Assembly: GCA_028724165.1 (NCBI GenBank)
Contig: JAQYDL010000033.1
Location: 30,283-94,282, forward strand
Source: Prevotellaceae bacterium
GTDB lineage: Bacteria; Bacteroidota; Bacteroidia; Bacteroidales; Bacteroidaceae
DNA: 64,000 nucleotides
Direction of reading: 5' to 3'
The position numbers were made by a program, and so were the translations under genes. Shown here piece by piece: positions 59,073 through 64,000 of this stretch (the stretch's first letter is position 1; the number at the start of each line of letters is the position of its first letter). The notes beneath the pieces are model-generated. The model was not told the DNA's origin, searched no databases, and saw only the letters and a program-made list of their open reading frames with translations.

Positions 59073-60983
59073 ATGCCGCAACAGAAAATGGGCGACATAT
59101 TCAGCGAAACTCTCAAAGAATATTGGGGCTATGACGATTTTCGCGGCATTCAGCGCGAAATAATCGAAAGCATTGCCTCGGGACGAGACACGCTCGGACT
59201 CATGCCTACGGGAGGAGGAAAGTCCATAACCTTTCAAGTGCCCACCCTCGCAGGTTCCGGTCTTTGTCTTGTGGTAACTCCGCTCGTGGCTCTCATGAAA
59301 GACCAGGTAATGGCTCTGAGAAGACGCGGCATAAAAGCCACCGCCGTTTACAACGGAATGAAACAGGACGAAATAATCGCCGCTCTCGAAAACTGTATTC
59401 TCGGCGATTACAAATTCTTATACGTCTCGCCCGAACGACTTGCCTCGGAATATTTTTTGTGGAAGGCAAAGAAAATGCCCGTAAGCCTCATAACCGTGGA
59501 CGAAGCCCACTGTATATCGCAATGGGGCTATGATTTCCGCCCGTCATACCTCAAGATAAACGAAATTCGCAAGATATTCCCCCAAGCACCGGTTCTTGCC
59601 CTCACCGCAACAGCCACAAATGACGTGGTGGAGGACATTCAGAAAAAACTGAACTTCAAAGAACCGAATGTGTTCCGCATGAGTTTCGAGCGAAAGAACC
59701 TCACATACGTTGTAAGGAACACCGAGGACAAACCGGGGGAACTGCTTCACATTCTAAAAAGCTACGGAGGCTCGGCAATAGTCTACACGCGAAACCGCCG
59801 CATGACCACGGAAGTGGCAAAGTATCTGAAAGAAAACAATATCACAGCCCTTAATTATCACGCAGGTCTGACACGGATTGACAAAGACCTGCGCCAAAAA
59901 AGCTGGAACGAGGGAGAAACAAGAGTTATGGTGGCAACCAATGCTTTCGGTATGGGCATTGACAAAGCCGATGTAAGGCTTGTGATACATATAGAGTGTC
60001 CCGATTCGCCCGAAGCATATTTTCAAGAAGCAGGGAGAGCCGGAAGAGACGGACTGCAAGCGTATGCCGTACTTCTGTACAACAAAAACGATCGAGTCAA
60101 GTTGCTTAGAAGAGTGTCGCAGACCTTTCCTCCCGTGTCCGTCATAAGAAAAGTTTACGACTACATGGCATACTTTTTTGAACTTGCCGTGGGAGACGGA
60201 TACTATGTTTCATATAATTTCAACCTCACGCAATTCTGCACACAATATCACATGTTTCCCGAAGTAGTGGAAAGTTCGCTGCACATACTGACACGCGCGG
60301 GATATATACTGTACTCCGAAGAAGAAGACATAAAACCGCGAGTAGTATTCATGCTAAATCGCGACGAACTGTACAGAATAAACAACACTTCTCCTGAAAG
60401 CGAAAGCGTTATTCAGGCATTGCTTAGAAACTATGGCGGAATCTTTACCGATTACACTTTTATCGATGAGCAGGTATTGGCTGACTATTGTGGCATGTCG
60501 CGAGAACATATTGTTGAAATACTCAAAGGTCTGTCGCATCAGAGAATCATACATTTCATTCCCCATAAGCGCACTCCGCGTGTTACTTATCTGCAACGCC
60601 GCGTGCTATCTGAAGAACTCGTGATAAGCAATGAAGTTTACGAGCAAAGAAAAGAGGAATACATCACCCGAATAAAAACCATGATAGACTATTGTGAGGA
60701 CGATGTATGCCATAGTCGTTTCCTGCTGAATTATTTTGACGAAAAAGACGCACGGGACTGCGGGAAATGCGAAATATGTCTGTTGCACAAACATCGCATT
60801 CCCGCAGCAAAAGCAACGGAACAAGCCTTCGCCGCAATAAGAACAATCTTAAGCAAACCGCACTTCGCCGCCGAAATAACCGTTCCCGGCATTCCGGCAT
60901 CGGTCATTTCGGAAGTTTTGCAAAGAATGATGCAAAACGGAGAAGTTACAATAGATAACGGACGTTACATCCTCCGCAATTAA
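59073..60983 (+). CDS. recQ: RecQ-family ATP-dependent DNA helicase
   Basis: Motif I is MPTGGGKS, the DEAH box is TVDEAHCISQWGYDFRPSY, followed by TNAFGMGIDK and QEAGRAGRDG. The Zn-binding Cys cluster is CHSRFLLNYF...CGKCEIC. An alternative start at MGDIF is at 59088. Confidence 0.93.
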   Translation: MPQQKMGDIFSETLKEYWGYDDFRGIQREIIESIASGRDTLGLMPTGGGKSITFQVPTLAGSGLCLVVTPLVALMKDQVMALRRRGIKATAVYNGMKQDEIIAALENCILGDYKFLYVSPERLASEYFLWKAKKMPVSLITVDEAHCISQWGYDFRPSYLKINEIRKIFPQAPVLALTATATNDVVEDIQKKLNFKEPNVFRMSFERKNLTYVVRNTEDKPGELLHILKSYGGSAIVYTRNRRMTTEVAKYLKENNITALNYHAGLTRIDKDLRQKSWNEGETRVMVATNAFGMGIDKADVRLVIHIECPDSPEAYFQEAGRAGRDGLQAYAVLLYNKNDRVKLLRRVSQTFPPVSVIRKVYDYMAYFFELAVGDGYYVSYNFNLTQFCTQYHMFPEVVESSLHILTRAGYILYSEEEDIKPRVVFMLNRDELYRINNTSPESESVIQALLRNYGGIFTDYTFIDEQVLADYCGMSREHIVEILKGLSHQRIIHFIPHKRTPRVTYLQRRVLSEELVISNEVYEQRKEEYITRIKTMIDYCEDDVCHSRFLLNYFDEKDARDCGKCEICLLHKHRIPAAKATEQAFAAIRTILSKPHFAAEITVPGIPASVISEVLQRMMQNGEVTIDNGRYILRN

Positions 60984-60984
60984 G

Positions 60985-63615
60985 CTATTGCGCGAGCTGC
61001 TCCGCCTTGAATTTCATTTTATATTCCCCGGCTTTCAAGATTTCTTCCTTGTTTGCACCGCTCTTCATAGGCACATAAAGAGTAGCCGTTGTATTTGCCG
61101 GAACACTAACAGAGTATTCCACAACACTGCGTCTCTTGTTCCACGTCCACTTTGAGACAATTTCGCCGTAAGGAGTATTATGGCGTGCCTCAAACGAATC
61201 AAGTTTCTTTACAAAATTGGGACGCAATATAATATTCTTGAATCCCGGATTGTTTTCATCAGGGAAAATTCCTCCAAGAGCCTTATATGGCCATGCACCA
61301 ATCTCTCCAAACATAATATGATTGTCGGAAATGTCCCGAGTAGCTTTCAAATCCCAATTCTCAAGTAGGGAAGTCGCACCGTTTACTACCCACCAGCCCC
61401 AAGAAGGATAGGTATCTTGAACAGCAACATTGTAAGCAATGTCGGCATAACCGTTTTCGCTCAAAGCATTAAGCACCGCTTTTGCGCCAAGTACCCCACA
61501 GTCTATATGACATCCCGCAGCTTTTACGCTTTCTGCGAGAGCGGAGGCTGCTTTTGCCCTAATATCTTCGGGAACTACGTTCCACATTAAAGGCATACTC
61601 TGTTCGGTTTGTGAACCTCCCGCATAAACGCCCGTATCTCGGTTAAGAAACTTATTGTTTATGGCATCGCGAATCTGTTGTGCCAATTTGGAGTAATGAT
61701 CATGATCTTCCGCTTTGCCAAACAGTTTTGCAGCTTTGGCAAGTATCGTGGCATCGACATAAAAATAGATTGACGAAGATAGTTCTTTGTCGGAGCGCGT
61801 TTTTACCGGCACCCAATCGCCGCGTCCCCAGGAAGAAAGATGCGAAGGACTGTTGCGGTCAACATAATCCACGTATCGTTTTATATTATCATAACAATCG
61901 CGCAACGGACGTTCGTCGCCATAGAAAAGATAAAGATTCCACGGGATAATAGCTATGGTACTTGTCCAATCCAAACCGTTGTCCGTGCCATAGCCCCAAC
62001 CATCGGTAGGAATAATATCGGGTAAAACACCATTAGGTTGCTGTTCGTCGCGATGATCTGCGAGCCATTTGTCATAAACCGTGAAACCGTCGTAATTATA
62101 TAGCCCGGTTTCTATAGCCAAATGCCCGTCGCCCGTCCAACCGTTCTTTTCGCGCTGCGGACAATCGGTGGGATAGCCCATGAAATTGGAAATATAAGCC
62201 TGACGTGTGGCTGCAACTATTTTGTCAAGCAACGGATTCGAAGACTTAATGCTTCCCGCCGATGCCACATCGCTATGAGTGAAATGCGCAACCATATTGT
62301 TCTGCTCCATGTTTATCGGACGCGAGGCGGAAACCTGTACATATCGAAATCCCTTGTAACTGAACGAAGCCGTAAAGCAATCGTCGCCACCGCTAAGCGT
62401 CAGAATATCGGTTTGAAATGGTTCCGTGTTTTTGTCGCCGCGATAGTAAACGTCAATATTGCTCAAGTCCAGACTTCCGTCCTTATGCAGACGTTCTCCA
62501 TGCGATATTCTCACCACCGTACCGCTGTCGCCGCGAAGTTTAACAGTTGTAACGCCCGCCATATTCTTTCCGAAGTCATATATATATGTCGAATCGTTCA
62601 ACTTCTTCATTCCTTTTGCCGCTATGTCCTCCACAAAACGAATCGGTTCCATAGCCTGTGCGCTGACAATAGGTGCAGGAACCTGACGAAGTCTTACACC
62701 GCCCCATTTCGAATCGTTATATTCCGGTGTATCCCAGCCTTGCAGTGAGTTTTTATTGAAATCGTAATGCTCGCCCGTATATATATTATTGTATACAAGC
62801 GGTCCGTCCGAAGACGAACGCCAGCTCAAATCCGTGGGAACGGTTGCCACACTGCCGTCATCGTATGTAATTCTCAAATCCATGCACATTGCAGGACGCT
62901 GTCGCCACGGGGCACGTTCAAAGTCCCATACGGCAAATGCCTGATGGTTATACCAGCCGTTTCCCAACACTACTCCCACAACGTTTATGCCTTCGTGAAG
63001 CAAAGATGTTACGTCAAAAGTTACATATTTGCAACGCCGGTCATAGCGGGTGTACACAGGGTCGAGAAAATGGTCGCCAACTTTTTTGCCGTTCACCGAA
63101 AGCGTGAAAAGCCCTCCCGCCGAAATATACGCCCGTGCCGTTTTCACATGTTTCTCCACGTTGAAAGTTTTTCTGAAATACGGTGCCGGCTTGTAATCAC
63201 GGCTGTTATTGTCGCTTATCCACGACCCCTGCCAGTTTTTAACGCTCATCATGCCGGTTTCAAACCGTGCCACGGGCGACACATTGGTTTTGCCGTCTTT
63301 CCCCACGGTTTCCACGCGCCAGAAATACGTTGTGAACGGTTTCAAAGGCTTTCCTGCATATACCACATTCTGTTTGTCAGTCTCCACAACGCCCGTGCTC
63401 CACGCGCTTCCCTTTCCCGCAGCTGCCGCCACGCTGTCGGTGTCCACCACAAGCGCATAACTTTTCTGACTTTCGCCTAAAGTCTGCCACGAAAGTCTCG
63501 GAGCGTTGTTGTCAATGCCGAGCGGCGAAACAAGATGTTCGGTCTTTAAGTTTTTTTGCGCCGTCAAACTCATTGCAGAAGCGCAAACCATCAATGCGTA
63601 AATTCTTATCTTCAT
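60985..63615 (-). CDS. Alpha-L-rhamnosidase (glycoside hydrolase family 78)
   Basis: Signal peptide. The N-terminal LVSPLGIDNNAPRLSWQ is typical of GH78. The central (alpha/alpha)6 region carries DCPQREKNGWTGD. Confidence 0.88.
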   Translation of the reverse strand: MKIRIYALMVCASAMSLTAQKNLKTEHLVSPLGIDNNAPRLSWQTLGESQKSYALVVDTDSVAAAAGKGSAWSTGVVETDKQNVVYAGKPLKPFTTYFWRVETVGKDGKTNVSPVARFETGMMSVKNWQGSWISDNNSRDYKPAPYFRKTFNVEKHVKTARAYISAGGLFTLSVNGKKVGDHFLDPVYTRYDRRCKYVTFDVTSLLHEGINVVGVVLGNGWYNHQAFAVWDFERAPWRQRPAMCMDLRITYDDGSVATVPTDLSWRSSSDGPLVYNNIYTGEHYDFNKNSLQGWDTPEYNDSKWGGVRLRQVPAPIVSAQAMEPIRFVEDIAAKGMKKLNDSTYIYDFGKNMAGVTTVKLRGDSGTVVRISHGERLHKDGSLDLSNIDVYYRGDKNTEPFQTDILTLSGGDDCFTASFSYKGFRYVQVSASRPINMEQNNMVAHFTHSDVASAGSIKSSNPLLDKIVAATRQAYISNFMGYPTDCPQREKNGWTGDGHLAIETGLYNYDGFTVYDKWLADHRDEQQPNGVLPDIIPTDGWGYGTDNGLDWTSTIAIIPWNLYLFYGDERPLRDCYDNIKRYVDYVDRNSPSHLSSWGRGDWVPVKTRSDKELSSSIYFYVDATILAKAAKLFGKAEDHDHYSKLAQQIRDAINNKFLNRDTGVYAGGSQTEQSMPLMWNVVPEDIRAKAASALAESVKAAGCHIDCGVLGAKAVLNALSENGYADIAYNVAVQDTYPSWGWWVVNGATSLLENWDLKATRDISDNHIMFGEIGAWPYKALGGIFPDENNPGFKNIILRPNFVKKLDSFEARHNTPYGEIVSKWTWNKRRSVVEYSVSVPANTTATLYVPMKSGANKEEILKAGEYKMKFKAEQLAQ

Positions 63616-63752
63616 GATATTTTACTTTCTAAAAACACAGATTTCCCAAACAGTTGCCCCTGTTTGATTTCTTTTCAAATTCTTTATTGGCAAAAATAAC
63701 ATTTCCACGGCAATTGACACGGCTGCACACCATACAAATTGCTTGTATTTTA

Positions 63753-63760
63753 GTATTTTT
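63753..63760 (+). promoter_or_regulatory. -7 box TAttTTTG upstream of the last partial gene
   Basis: TATTTTTG lies 40 nt upstream of the ATG at 63800. Confidence 0.45.
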
Positions 63761-63799
63761 GCAAACATCAGAAACATATTTTCCACTAAAAACCGAATT

Positions 63800-64000
63800 A
63801 TGAACCTACCCCGCCTTTTAACGATTGTTACAACCGTCTTCGGAATCCTCATGTTCGCATCCTGCCAGGATTCAGAGAATTGTGAAAAACCGCCCAGGGA
63901 TTCTACTTTCAAAAAAAATACTTATTACGCCGTGCAGGATACTGCAAACGGATGGGAAGAGGGAATTTACTACAACGGTACTTTTCTTATGGCGCATGCC
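63800..64000 (+). CDS. Lipoprotein, N-terminal fragment (runs off the window end)
   Basis: My own translation gives MNLPRLLTIVTTVFGILMFASCQDSENCEKPPRDSTFKKNTYYAVQDTANGWEEGIYYNGTFLMAHA..., with lipobox MFASCQ. Confidence 0.6.
   Translation, partial: MNLPRLLTIVTTVFGILMFASCQDSENCEKPPRDSTFKKNTYYAVQDTANGWEEGIYYNGTFLMAHA

Overview
This window is a chromosomal segment of a Bacteroidales (Bacteroidota) genome. The taxonomic call rests on a SusC/SusD pair, fused lpxC-fabZ and nuoCD genes, a bamA/ompH block, and TAnnTTTG -7 promoter boxes 30-60 nt upstream of most first genes. I call about 47 protein genes plus RNase P RNA. Most are core housekeeping:
- nuoH-CD-B-A
- groES-groEL
- lpxD-lpxC/fabZ-lpxA-orf-miaA
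- PBP1A, fba, a purF-like gene, alaS
- argR-GNAT-argG-argC-argD
- lipoprotein/OM-barrel/uppS/bamA/2x ompH
- rnpB
- recJ-recQ
Scattered among these are GH2, GH30 and GH78 enzymes and a 4-gene SusC/SusD plus two-lipoprotein operon. No CRISPR array, rRNA, tRNA, transposase or integrase was seen.

The unusual content is mostly non-coding:
1. Twelve copies, about one per 5 kb, of a composite palindromic intergenic element of about 90-160 nt. It is MITE/REP/Correia-like, and its three-unit core occurs in both orientations relative to a conserved arm. I cannot assign it to a named family.
2. A 420-nt, strongly G-depleted tandem array of twenty 21-nt units with perfectly preserved phase, downstream of the groEL terminator. 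A more decayed relative lies next to nuoA.
3. The only accessory-looking gene cassette: a WYL regulator, a DEDDh 3'-5' exonuclease and a small HAD phosphatase, bracketed by two copies of the repeat. It is a candidate nucleic-acid sensing, repair or defence module.

Lesser points are a TGTCAT/ATGACA motif cluster in the groES promoter region, a PurF paralog without the N-terminal Cys nucleophile, an AT-rich orphan gene, and a duplicated beta-helix-like lipoprotein. All family assignments come from motif recognition by eye and were not checked against a database.
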